Assembly: GCA_030731175.1 (NCBI GenBank)
Contig: JANQUM010000228.1
Span: forward strand, 1 to 27,267
Reading direction: 5' to 3'
DNA from: Spirosomataceae bacterium
GTDB lineage: Bacteria; Bacteroidota; Bacteroidia; Cytophagales; Spirosomataceae
Length of the DNA stretch: 27,267 nucleotides
Of this stretch, positions 8,341 through 17,649 are shown piece by piece (position 1 is the first letter of the stretch; each line of letters begins with the position of its first letter). The notes under the pieces were generated by a model. It made no database searches. It was not told the origin of the DNA and saw only the letters and a list, made by a program, of their open reading frames with translations. The position numbers were made by a program, and so were the translations under genes.

Positions 8341-10323
8341 ATGTCAGTACAATTAGATTCAAAAATTCCGGCGGGTGCCATCGACGATAAGTGGACAAAA
8401 TACAAGTCAACCGTTCCTTTGGTAAATCCCGCAAACAAACGCAACATTGATATAATTGTGGTAGGAACTGGCCTTGCTGGAGCCTCTGCCGCAGCAACTT
8501 GTGCCGAATTAGGATACAAGGTGAAAGCCTTCTGTTTTCAAGATTCGCCCCGCCGTGCCCACTCAATTGCCGCACAAGGCGGAATAAACGCCGCAAAAAA
8601 TTACCAAAACGACGGAGACTCAGTTTACCGCCTTTTTTATGATACCGTAAAAGGTGGGGATTACCGTTCGCGTGAAGCAAACGTACACCGTCTTGCCGAA
8701 GTATCAACTAATATTATTGACCAATGCGTAGCTCAGGGCGTACCTTTCGCCCGTGAATACGGCGGAATGCTCTCAAACCGCTCGTTTGGTGGTGTGCAAG
8801 TGCAGCGTACGTTTTACGCGGCTGGTCAAACTGGTCAGCAATTGTTGTTAGGTGCCTATTCTGCACTTGAGCGTCAAATAGGAGCTGGTAAAGTAGAAAT
8901 GTTTACTCGTCATGAAATGCTTGACGTTGTAACCGTTGACGGTAAAGCCCGTGGTATTATCGCTAAAAACTTGATTACGGGAGAATTAGAACGTCACTCT
9001 GCTCACGCAGTTTTACTCTGTACGGGTGGTTACGGAAACGTTTTTTACCTGTCAACAAATGCAATGGGTAGTAACGTGACTGCCGCCTGGAAAGCTCACA
9101 AACGTGGTGCTTACATGGCGAATCCGTGTTTTACGCAAATTCACCCAACGTGTATCCCTGTTTCAGGAGATCACCAATCAAAGCTGACTTTGATGTCTGA
9201 ATCACTTCGGAACGACGGACGGATTTGGGTTCCTGCGGCAAAAGACGACAAACGAAAAGCCAACGATATTCCTGAAGGAGAAAGAGATTATTACTTAGAG
9301 CGTCGTTACCCGGCGTTCGGAAACTTAGTGCCGCGTGACGTAGCTTCGCGTGCCGCTAAAGAGCGTTGTGATGCAGGATACGGCGTCGGACCATCCAAAA
9401 TGGCCGTTTTTCTTGATTACTCCGCCGCTTTTGAGCGTTACGGAAAAATTGAGGCAAATAAGAAAAACCTACACAACGCTTCGCACGACGAAATCGTGGC
9501 GTTAGGAAAGGCCGTTGTGAAAGAAAAGTATGGTAACTTGTTTGATATGTACAAGCAAATCACCGGAGAAGACCCTTATGAAGTGCCAATGCGGATTTAT
9601 CCGGCGGTTCACTACACAATGGGCGGTCTTTGGGTTGATTACAATTTGATGACGACCGTACCGGGGCTTTATGCCTTGGGAGAAGCCAATTTCTCAGACC
9701 ACGGAGCAAACCGCTTGGGTGCTTCGGCATTGATGCAGGGTCTTGCGGATGGTTATTTCGTAGCTCCTTACACGCTTGGTTCTTATTTAGCGGGTGAAAT
9801 TCGTACCGGAGCAATTTCGGTCGATACGCCAGAATTTGAGAAAGCTGAAAGCGAAGTGCAGGAAAAACTTACCAAGCTCATCAATATCAAAGGAACGCAG
9901 TCGCCCGAGTCTTTCCACAAGCGTTTAGGAAAGATTATGTGGAATAAATGCGGTATGGCTCGTAACGAAAAAGACTTGAAAGATGCCATCACTGAAATTC
10001 GTGCCTTGCGGGAAGAATTCTGGAATGATGTAAGAGTCTTAGGCGATGCAGACGAGTTCAATCCTGAATTAGACAAAGCAGGTCGTGTTGCCGATTTTAT
10101 AGAATTAGGTGAATTAATGTGCGTAGATGCACTTGACAGAAACGAGTCTTGTGGCGGGCACTTCCGGGAAGAATACCAAACGCCAGAAGGTGAAGCTTTA
10201 CGTGACGACGAAAATTATATGTATGTTTCGGCTTGGGAAGAAATCAAAACTGGCGAATGGAAACTAAATAAAGAGCCATTGGTTTACGAAAATATCAAAA
10301 TTGCTCAACGGAGTTACAAGTAA
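8341..10323 (+). CDS. sdhA: Succinate dehydrogenase/fumarate reductase flavoprotein subunit
   Basis: IVVGTGLAG dinucleotide fold, [17 protein letters not shown]-attachment motif, [21 protein letters not shown]. Confidence 0.98.
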   Translation: MSVQLDSKIPAGAIDDKWTKYKSTVPLVNPANKRNIDIIVVGTGLAGASAAATCAELGYKVKAFCFQDSPRRAHSIAAQGGINAAKNYQNDGDSVYRLFYDTVKGGDYRSREANVHRLAEVSTNIIDQCVAQGVPFAREYGGMLSNRSFGGVQVQRTFYAAGQTGQQLLLGAYSALERQIGAGKVEMFTRHEMLDVVTVDGKARGIIAKNLITGELERHSAHAVLLCTGGYGNVFYLSTNAMGSNVTAAWKAHKRGAYMANPCFTQIHPTCIPVSGDHQSKLTLMSESLRNDGRIWVPAAKDDKRKANDIPEGERDYYLERRYPAFGNLVPRDVASRAAKERCDAGYGVGPSKMAVFLDYSAAFERYGKIEANKKNLHNASHDEIVALGKAVVKEKYGNLFDMYKQITGEDPYEVPMRIYPAVHYTMGGLWVDYNLMTTVPGLYALGEANFSDHGANRLGASALMQGLADGYFVAPYTLGSYLAGEIRTGAISVDTPEFEKAESEVQEKLTKLINIKGTQSPESFHKRLGKIMWNKCGMARNEKDLKDAITEIRALREEFWNDVRVLGDADEFNPELDKAGRVADFIELGELMCVDALDRNESCGGHFREEYQTPEGEALRDDENYMYVSAWEEIKTGEWKLNKEPLVYENIKIAQRSYK

Positions 10324-10355
10324 TTTTTGGCTAACACAGAACAGGTTTTAGTTGA

Positions 10356-11735
10356 ATGTCATTGAATAAAAATACCGGTCATTATCAGGGCATTTTGTTG
10401 AAAGTATTGATTCTCGGATTAATCACTTTCCATTTCGTTCCTTTACTTATTTCGGCTTTTTACAGCCAACCAACAAGTGTCGACGATTATTGCTACGCCG
10501 ATACTGTCCAAAAATTTGGAATGTTTGAGGCAATGAACATGTACTACACAAAGGTAACAGGTCGGTATTTATCGACTTTCTTGCAACATATTTTGAACCC
10601 GCTTTCCTACGGAAAAGAGTTTAATGTAGGTTTCAAAGTGTTGCCTGTTGTCTTTTTGATGGCGATGGTTGGTGCGGTCATTATGCTTTTAAAACAAGTG
10701 TTTGAGTCAAAAGCTGCCGTGACGGGTGCGGCGTTAATATTTGTGACTGTTTTTGCTTCGCAGATACCTAGTATTTCCGAAGGCTTATATTGGTTTGCAA
10801 GCGTGGTAGTTCATTGGCTTGGGTTCGTTTTATTCTTTGTAAATTGTGCTTTTTTGTTGAAACTAAATTCTTTGCAGAAGCTTTCAATTAGTACACATAT
10901 CATAGCAATCGTAAGTGTACTTTTGGCCGCCGGAGCTTCAGAACCTGCGTTTCTTTCGTTTGTGATGCTTTGCTTTGCCGTGGTCGCATTTCAGTTTGTT
11001 AAGTATCGAAAAGTGAACAAAAGCGTTTTGTTGTTAACGGGAGTTAGTTTGATTGGAGTAGCTTTGATAAAGTTCTCATCGTCAAACATGGGAAAGCAGA
11101 ATATAGCTTTAAGTGAGTTAGACTTTAATTTACTAATTCAGGTCTTTGTAGAAATTGCTTCATTTGCTAAAAACTTTATATCGTGGTACTTAGGTGGTGC
11201 AGTTGTTTTATATATTTTGTACTTCGGAAATAACATAAGAGCCAACAAATTATTCAATGTACCAATTTGGTACGTACTATTAGTTTGGTTTGGAGTTGTT
11301 TATTTCAATCATTTTATTGGGGTAGTTGGCGTTGGCGGAAGTGCTCCAAGGGTTTGGAACGGAATATACCTGTATTTTTTAACAGGTTTGTTTTTTGTCA
11401 TTTCTGTGGCTTGGAATAGATTTGGAGTTGCTTTACAACCTATCGTGGCGGTCAAAATTGGTGTTGTTGCAATTGCTTTACTGGCTTCGTTGAAAACAGA
11501 TACGCTGTTGGTTTACAAAGATGTAAAACATGGGACTTTTACGAAATATACGAACGAAATTGAAGAACGCCTTGCGGTGTTAAACTCAGAAGACGATGGA
11601 CTAACTTTACCCTTAATTCAAAACAAGCCTCACAGCCTGTTTTTTTACGATATGAATGTGAACCCGCACGGACAGTGGAGCAAATGTCTGGGCGATTATT
11701 ACGGAAAACACCAAGTTACTTTTGAAGAAAATTAA
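10356..11735 (+). CDS. Polytopic membrane protein, DUF6056-like, putative GT-C-fold glycosyltransferase
   Basis: About 10-12 hydrophobic segments; after TM1 the motif PTSVDDYCY...YYTKVTGRY.S; C-terminal soluble tail ending WSKCLGDYYGK. This resembles DUF6056 as I recall it; the GT-C function is inference. Confidence 0.65.
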   Translation: MSLNKNTGHYQGILLKVLILGLITFHFVPLLISAFYSQPTSVDDYCYADTVQKFGMFEAMNMYYTKVTGRYLSTFLQHILNPLSYGKEFNVGFKVLPVVFLMAMVGAVIMLLKQVFESKAAVTGAALIFVTVFASQIPSISEGLYWFASVVVHWLGFVLFFVNCAFLLKLNSLQKLSISTHIIAIVSVLLAAGASEPAFLSFVMLCFAVVAFQFVKYRKVNKSVLLLTGVSLIGVALIKFSSSNMGKQNIALSELDFNLLIQVFVEIASFAKNFISWYLGGAVVLYILYFGNNIRANKLFNVPIWYVLLVWFGVVYFNHFIGVVGVGGSAPRVWNGIYLYFLTGLFFVISVAWNRFGVALQPIVAVKIGVVAIALLASLKTDTLLVYKDVKHGTFTKYTNEIEERLAVLNSEDDGLTLPLIQNKPHSLFFYDMNVNPHGQWSKCLGDYYGKHQVTFEEN

Positions 11736-11747
11736 ACAATCAGAACT

Positions 11748-12503
11748 ATGTCAGGAAATATGAATATCAATCTCAAGGTTTGGCGACAAAAAAACCGCAA
11801 GGCAAAAGGCGGCTTTGAGACTTACCAAGTCAGCGAAATTTCTGAGGATATGTCATTCCTCGAAATGTTTGATGTCTTGAACGAACGCCTTATTAGCGAA
11901 GGGACAGCTCCAATTGCATTTGACCACGATTGCCGTGAAGGAATTTGCGGAATGTGCTCAATGTACATTAACGGTAGCCCGCACGGGCCGTTGAAGGGAG
12001 TTACTACGTGTCAGCTTCACATGCGTAGTTTCAAAGATGGAGATACCATAGTTGTAGAGCCTTGGCGAGCAGATTCTTTCCCGATTGTAAAAGACTTGGC
12101 GGTTGACCGTTCAGCATTTGACCGAGTAATTTCAGCGGGAGGTTTCGTGTCAGTAAATACCGGAAACGCCCAAGACGGAAACTCTATTCCGATTCCGAAA
12201 GATGACGCAGACAAAGCCTTTGCGGCAGCAGCTTGTATTGGTTGCGGTGCATGCGTTGCAGCATGTAAAAATGCCTCGGCAATGCTTTTTGTTTCAGCAA
12301 AAATATCACAATTGGCATTATTACCACAAGGTGCACCTGAGCGGGAAGAGCGTGCTTTAAACATGGTCGCTCAAATGGATGCCGAAGGTTTTGGAGCTTG
12401 CACGAATACAGGAGCTTGCTCGGCAGAATGCCCGAAAGAGATTTCACTCGAAAACATTGCCCGTATGAACCGCGAATATCTCGGAGCGGCGGCAACGTCA
12501 TAA
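11748..12503 (+). CDS. sdhB: Succinate dehydrogenase/fumarate reductase iron-sulfur subunit
   Basis: [42 protein letters not shown] Fe-S motifs. Confidence 0.98.
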   Translation: MSGNMNINLKVWRQKNRKAKGGFETYQVSEISEDMSFLEMFDVLNERLISEGTAPIAFDHDCREGICGMCSMYINGSPHGPLKGVTTCQLHMRSFKDGDTIVVEPWRADSFPIVKDLAVDRSAFDRVISAGGFVSVNTGNAQDGNSIPIPKDDADKAFAAAACIGCGACVAACKNASAMLFVSAKISQLALLPQGAPEREERALNMVAQMDAEGFGACTNTGACSAECPKEISLENIARMNREYLGAAATS

Positions 12504-12525
12504 ATTTCTTTTAATAAATTATCTT

Positions 12526-12566
12526 AATCCCTGATTATTACTTTATTGTAATTCTCAGGGATTTTT
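12526..12566 (+). terminator. Intrinsic terminator after sdhB
   Basis: AATCCCTGA / TCAGGGATT stem with inner ATTAC/GTAAT pairing, ending in a T-run. Confidence 0.65.
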
Positions 12567-12629
12567 CGTTTACAGAACGAAGTTTTAAATTCCCTTCCCC
12601 AAGATATAACCCCGCACTCTATAATTTCC

Positions 12630-12637
12630 TATTTTTG
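12630..12637 (+). promoter_or_regulatory. -7 promoter element for valS
   Basis: TATTTTTG, 28 nt upstream of the ATG. Confidence 0.6.
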
Positions 12638-12665
12638 TGGTTAGATAAAATCAGACACCACACGC

Positions 12666-15305
12666 ATGGAAATTTCAAAAACCTACGACCCAACCGCCAT
12701 TGAAGATAAATGGTACCAATATTGGTTGGATAACGGCTTTTTTAAAGCCAAACCAAACCCCGATAAAGAACCCTATAGCATCGTTATCCCGCCGCCAAAC
12801 GTAACAGGCGTGCTGCACATGGGGCACATGCTTAATAATACAATTCAGGATGTTCTGATTCGGAAGGCGAGAATGGAAGGTAAAGAAGCTTGCTGGGTAC
12901 CTGGAACTGATCACGCTTCTATTGCTACGGAAGCGAAAGTGGTCGCGATGCTCAAGGAAAAAGGAATCGCCAAAGCCGACCTGTCTCGTGAAGAATTTCT
13001 GGAATACTGCTGGGAATGGACGCACAAATACGGCGGAATTATCCTTTCACAGCTACGTAAACTTGGTGCTTCCTGCGATTGGGACAGAACCCGTTTTACA
13101 ATGGAAGATGATCTATACGATGCCGTAATTGATACCTTCATCGACCTTCATAATAAAGGAGATATTTACCGCGGCTACCGCATGGTTAACTGGGATCCAG
13201 AAGCCAAAACAACCGTTTCGGACGAAGAGGTAATTACGAAAGAACGTAATCAGCAGTTGGTTTACATTAGGTATGATGGTGATTTTGGTGGAGTAACTAT
13301 CGCCACCACCCGTCCCGAAACTATTATGGCAGATGCTGCGATTTGCGTAAACCCCGATGACGAACGCTACCAACATTTGATTGGCAAGAAAGTAATGATT
13401 CCGTTGATAAATCGGGAAATTGAAATCATTGCCGATGAATACGTAACGACAGATTTCGGAACGGGTTGCTTGAAAGTAACGCCCGCTCATGATCAAAACG
13501 ACTTTGCGTTGGGTAAGAAGTACGACCTTGAGGTAATTGACATTTTAGATGATGCCGGAAAACTAAACGAAAAAGCCCAAATTTTAGTCGGAGAAGACCG
13601 TTTCGTTGCCCGTAAAAAAATTATCAAAATGCTCGAAGAATCGGGTAATTTGGTGAAAGTAGAAGATTATACCTCAAACGTAGGTACATCTGAGCGGACG
13701 GGTGCGGTTATCGAACCGAAAATTTCGTTGCAGTGGTTCTTGAAAATGGAACGTCTGAGCCAGCCAGCGTTGAAAAACGTCATGGATGATACCATTCAAC
13801 TCATTCCGTCGAAATTCAAGAACACGTACGCTCACTGGATGGAAAACGTGCGGGATTGGAACATCAGTCGGCAGTTATGGTGGGGACATCGAATCCCGGC
13901 TTTTTACATGGAAGACGGCACGTGCATCGTTGCCAAAACGAAAACTGAAGCCCTGAAAATTGCCCGCGAAAAGTACCAATTATATGCTTTAAGTGAAAAA
14001 GATTTAGAGCAAGATCCGGATGTACTTGATACGTGGTTTAGTTCGTGGCTGTGGCCAATTACCGTTTTTGACGGAATAAAAGAACCTGAAAACGAAGATA
14101 TAAAATATTTCTACCCAACAAATGATCTCGTAACCGCACCCGAAATTCTCTTTTTCTGGGTGGCTCGAATGATTATTGCTGGGTACGAATACCGTGGCGA
14201 ATATCCGTTTAAAAACGTTTACTTAACTGGTATCGTTCGAGATAAGCAGGGGCGTAAAATGTCGAAATCGTTGGGTAACTCACCCGATCCGATTGAATTG
14301 ATAAAGCAATATGGAGCAGACGGCGTTCGGACTGGAATGATGTTTAGCTCACCCGCTGGAAACGACTTGCCTTTTGACGAAAAACTCTGCGAGCAAGGGC
14401 GTAATTTCTCCAATAAAATCTGGAATGCATTCCGACTGGTGAAAGGGTGGGAGGTAAAGCCTGCAACTGAGAAGTCAAATCAAGATAGCGAAGCTTCGAG
14501 TGGTACGTGGTTCCGCTCACGCCTCAACGCCACGATAGCCGAAGTGAATGACCATTACAGCAAATTCCGTATGTCGGATGCGTTATTGAGCTGTTATAAC
14601 TTAATCTGGAACGACTTCTGCTCGCAATATTTAGAAATGGTAAAACCCGCTTACGTAGATGGCGTTAGTTTACCAATTGATAAAGAAGTGTACGACGAAG
14701 TAGTTGCCTTTTTTGACGAACTCATGCGACTTGTTCACCCGTGGATGCCGTTTTTATCCGAAGAAATCTGGCAGGAATTGAAAGAACGCAAAGCGAATGA
14801 TTCTATCTGTATTGCTGAATTCCCGAAGGGCGGTAGTGCTGATAATGAGTTACTTGCAGACTTTGACGTCCTTTTTGAATTAGTTTCCTGGATTCGGAAT
14901 ACACGGAGTTCTAAGGGAATGTCGCCAAAAGAAGCGTTGGCGTTGAGCATCAAAGCCGCAGATAAATCGAAGTACGAAAGCGTAGCGTCGTTGATTCAGA
15001 AACTGGCGAACATATCTGAGATTACATTTACCGAAAACACGGTATCTGGCGTAAGCTTAGTTATAAAAGGCGACGAATTCGGAATTGACTTAGGAGATTC
15101 ATTCGACGCCGAAGCCGAGCGGGGAAAACTACAGGCAGAACGTGAATACACAATCGGTTTCAAGAGTTCGGTAGAAAAGAAACTTGCCAATGAGCGGTTT
15201 GTTCAAAACGCAAAGCCCGAAATTGTGGAGCGGGAACGTGAGAAACTTGCCGACGCTGAATCTAAAATAAAAGCAATAGAAGAATCCCTGAAGAAGTTGG
15301 GGTAA
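12666..15305 (+). CDS. valS: Valine--tRNA ligase
   Basis: PPPNVTGVLHMGH (HIGH), GTDHASIATE, ATTRPET editing motif, DWNISRQLWWGHRIP, KMSKS, C-terminal coiled coil. Confidence 0.99.
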   Translation: MEISKTYDPTAIEDKWYQYWLDNGFFKAKPNPDKEPYSIVIPPPNVTGVLHMGHMLNNTIQDVLIRKARMEGKEACWVPGTDHASIATEAKVVAMLKEKGIAKADLSREEFLEYCWEWTHKYGGIILSQLRKLGASCDWDRTRFTMEDDLYDAVIDTFIDLHNKGDIYRGYRMVNWDPEAKTTVSDEEVITKERNQQLVYIRYDGDFGGVTIATTRPETIMADAAICVNPDDERYQHLIGKKVMIPLINREIEIIADEYVTTDFGTGCLKVTPAHDQNDFALGKKYDLEVIDILDDAGKLNEKAQILVGEDRFVARKKIIKMLEESGNLVKVEDYTSNVGTSERTGAVIEPKISLQWFLKMERLSQPALKNVMDDTIQLIPSKFKNTYAHWMENVRDWNISRQLWWGHRIPAFYMEDGTCIVAKTKTEALKIAREKYQLYALSEKDLEQDPDVLDTWFSSWLWPITVFDGIKEPENEDIKYFYPTNDLVTAPEILFFWVARMIIAGYEYRGEYPFKNVYLTGIVRDKQGRKMSKSLGNSPDPIELIKQYGADGVRTGMMFSSPAGNDLPFDEKLCEQGRNFSNKIWNAFRLVKGWEVKPATEKSNQDSEASSGTWFRSRLNATIAEVNDHYSKFRMSDALLSCYNLIWNDFCSQYLEMVKPAYVDGVSLPIDKEVYDEVVAFFDELMRLVHPWMPFLSEEIWQELKERKANDSICIAEFPKGGSADNELLADFDVLFELVSWIRNTRSSKGMSPKEALALSIKAADKSKYESVASLIQKLANISEITFTENTVSGVSLVIKGDEFGIDLGDSFDAEAERGKLQAEREYTIGFKSSVEKKLANERFVQNAKPEIVEREREKLADAESKIKAIEESLKKLG

Positions 15306-15308
15306 AAT

Positions 15309-15342
15309 AAAATCCCTTTAGGCAATAGCCTAAAGGGATTTT
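15309..15342. terminator. Bidirectional intrinsic terminator after valS
   Basis: Perfect 15-bp stem AAAATCCCTTTAGGC-AATA-GCCTAAAGGGATTTT. Confidence 0.9.
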
Positions 15343-15559
15343 AGCTAGTAAAGGTTCACTGTTCTATTCTGAGCCAACCAAAGTGAAGTAAAAGGTGCCA
15401 AATTCTTCCTGTTTAAATTGGCTAAGTACATTCCACGAGCTTTCGCCTTATAAATCTTCAACCGAGCGTGAAGCCTACGTTTGAAGTAGCAAAACCCAAG
15501 AAGAGGGCAAGTTTCGTACACAACTCTCTGGAAAGAAGCATTATTAAGACACCATGCTT

Positions 15560-15976
15560 TTATGCCCAATTACATTTCAAAGCAAGATTTTTGTTTGCCA
15601 ACGTTGAAGTATTTAGCAAACGTTTTGAGGAATAGCGGTAGGGTATTTTAAACCCATGGTTCGATTTCATGAACTTTTTGAACTGGCTGCTACGCCGACG
15701 GGAAAATTCAATCCGTTTCCCCGAAAGTAACGTGACGTAAACGTACGCCCCGACATACCAAATCTCACCAATAAACGATAGGTTAAAAACAAGTTTACGA
15801 TTTGCCCGATAAAACAATTCTTGATCAAGTCTTTGGTAAAGAACCCCAATTGTGTAAGAAGATAAAATTTTAGTATTCGATACCGTATGTACGTTGGTGT
15901 AATTATCATCGCTTTCAAGGTAGGTTATATTAAAAAATGGAACCTGTTTCTTTTGGTTTAGGTGGAGAAGTGGCAT
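15560..15976 (-). CDS. Stand-alone LytTR DNA-binding domain protein
   Basis: ITYLESDDNYTNVH, FYRANRKLVFNL (variant of FxRxHRSxIVN), SRRR; no receiver domain. Confidence 0.85.
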   Translation of the reverse strand: MPLLHLNQKKQVPFFNITYLESDDNYTNVHTVSNTKILSSYTIGVLYQRLDQELFYRANRKLVFNLSFIGEIWYVGAYVYVTLLSGKRIEFSRRRSSQFKKFMKSNHGFKIPYRYSSKRLLNTSTLANKNLALKCNWA

Positions 15977-16039
15977 AAAATTTAATTCAAGAATCGTTCA
16001 TTTAATTGTTTTTATTTTTTGTAAAGGAAAGCACGTATT

Positions 16040-16047
16040 CAAATTTA
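16040..16047 (-). promoter_or_regulatory. -7 promoter element for the LytTR gene
   Basis: TAAATTTG on the minus strand, 63 nt upstream of the ATG. Confidence 0.5.
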
Positions 16048-16093
16048 TAAAAGGTTCACTCAACGGTATATTCAAAGGTTCTTTCTGCAATTT

Positions 16094-17179
16094 TTAATTA
16101 GCCGTGAAGTTTTTGGCTGAATGGTTGTGTATTTTTTTTGTGAGTTGAATTTGATATTCGCCAACGGCTAAGTTTTGAATCGGAATGCCTTTTCTTTTCA
16201 CTTTTCCTGCATGCAGCAGCAATCCGTTTCGGTCAAAGATTCGGTAGTTTTTTAATTTGCTATTTCTTCCAGTTTTCACTTTTACAAATGTTGCTGCGGA
16301 GTTCGGAATGACGGTAATTGAGAAAGTAGTTTTGGCATCACTTACCGCTACGAGCCGAGAATACTTTCGTTTGCTGTCAATGGCTACTTGATTTAAACGG
16401 AAATAACTTTGGTTGCCGCTCGGTGCGTCATCAAGCATCGAGGTTATTTTTTTATCTTCTATCTGTTCCCGTAGTGGGTCAATTTTTACGTTTGCTGGGT
16501 AAGCAGCTTTTGCGGGGTAGTCTCGATCAGCGATAAAGTCACTAAATTTTGCCGTAGTGCTTACCATGCGGCTTGTTGAAACTATGGCGTTCTCGTTTAC
16601 AGCATCTTTGAATTGCGAATTTGACACTTGCTGAGATGAACTGCCATTGATGGCAATATCATCGATGTACCAAAAACCGCGTTCCATACGGCTATTGTAA
16701 CCGTATATCCGAAAGGTTATTCCAAACTCCACGCCCTGAAAAGCCGTTTTTCTCAAATCAACGGTATGTTCTCTAACTAAATTATCGGCGGGAATTATTC
16801 GGGAATAAATGGTACTGCTAAAGTTGTCACGACTCGTCTTGATAGAGAAACTTTGCGGACCGCTTGCATTATTGAACTCACAAAAGGTAAGACTGCTCAA
16901 CATGAGTAGTTGGTTGGCATCAGGAGTGATGGAGAATTCAAAATAAGAGGTGAATTCTGCGATTTCTGATTGTGGCCAATCTGTTGCTCTAAAAAAAGGA
17001 TTTAACGAAATATTCCTAATTGCAGTAGACCCAACTCCTACCGCAGTAACACGGGAAGCAGTCACGTTCGTTGTTTTAGTTGCCGAAGTTTCATCGTTTG
17101 AAAAGGCCCACTGGGCAAGCTGAGAAAAGGCACTCGTGGATGTGAGCATAAGTAATACTGAAATAAACACTAATTTCAT
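16094..17179 (-). CDS. Secreted protein with degenerate T9SS type A sorting domain
   Basis: Signal peptide MKLVFISVLLMLTSTSAFSQ from ATG 17179; beta-rich domain (YFEFSITP, SGPQSF, FRIYGY, WYIDDI); SYFRLNQV..YSRLVAV; tail VIPNSA..YRIFDRNGLLL..IQNLAVGEYQIQL resembling the IYPNP..GxYxxxL CTD pattern. Confidence 0.7.
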   Translation of the reverse strand: MKLVFISVLLMLTSTSAFSQLAQWAFSNDETSATKTTNVTASRVTAVGVGSTAIRNISLNPFFRATDWPQSEIAEFTSYFEFSITPDANQLLMLSSLTFCEFNNASGPQSFSIKTSRDNFSSTIYSRIIPADNLVREHTVDLRKTAFQGVEFGITFRIYGYNSRMERGFWYIDDIAINGSSSQQVSNSQFKDAVNENAIVSTSRMVSTTAKFSDFIADRDYPAKAAYPANVKIDPLREQIEDKKITSMLDDAPSGNQSYFRLNQVAIDSKRKYSRLVAVSDAKTTFSITVIPNSAATFVKVKTGRNSKLKNYRIFDRNGLLLHAGKVKRKGIPIQNLAVGEYQIQLTKKIHNHSAKNFTAN

Positions 17180-17587
17180 AGAGCAAGGTATTTTAGGAAA
17201 GCACGAAAAGTTAATTTTATAATCGAATTCAGTAGCTAAAGAAGTCATCGTATTACTCCATTCACCACTTATATACTGTTTGGTGGCAACTATAATGAAT
17301 AGAATCAGCTACAGGCAGTAGCAAATTACTATATCGAGTTACGCACATACAAACACCTAAATCGTTTGTACTTAAAAGAATGTTTTGCTTGCACAAAGCC
17401 CGTAAGTTAGTGCTTCGCAAGTAGCGAGAGCGAGCTTTACGTAGCTGCACTTCTTTTGTACATTTTGTCAGAGTCAGCAATTGGCTAAATTGCACATCTG
17501 TAATAATGAAAGACAAAAAGTTTTCATGGCTACTGCTTATTTTAAATGGCTATAAAGCTCAAATGCAAAGGAAAACCAATTTGTAAT

Positions 17588-17621
17588 TTCATAAAATACC
17601 CGTTAGCAGGTATTTTATGAA
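17588..17621. promoter_or_regulatory. 13-bp inverted repeat, candidate NarL/LuxR-type operator
   Basis: TTCATAAAATACC-CGTTAGCA-GGTATTTTATGAA; core TACCCGT-TA-GCAGGTA in 7-2-7 geometry; overlaps the presumed -33 region of the kinase promoter. Confidence 0.55.
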
Positions 17622-17636
17622 GTTAGATTTAAAGAG

Positions 17637-17644
17637 TACATTTG
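17637..17644 (+). promoter_or_regulatory. -7 promoter element for the two-component operon
   Basis: TACATTTG 5 nt before the ATG at 17650; TTTA at 17614-17617 lies 19 nt upstream (-33-like). Confidence 0.6.
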
Positions 17645-17649
17645 TTTAA

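Noticed and set aside
12567-12665. Possible T-box leader before valS
   Set aside because: Too short, no T-box consensus, and a promoter element lies only 28 nt from the ATG.
15345-15569. 74-aa ORF downstream of LytTR
   Set aside because: TTG start, no motif, no signal or TM pattern; cannot be supported, though a gene remnant is not excluded.
15350-16060. 11-nt direct repeat AAAGGTTCACT (15350-15360 and 16050-16060) as a target-site duplication around LytTR
   Set aside because: No terminal inverted repeats or transposase; a match of this length is plausible by chance or explained by the promoter repeats.
17262-17516. 84-aa ORF and a weak three-way fold (17411-17450) in the divergent spacer
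   Set aside because: TTG start and no homology cues; stems of only 4-5 bp are expected by chance.
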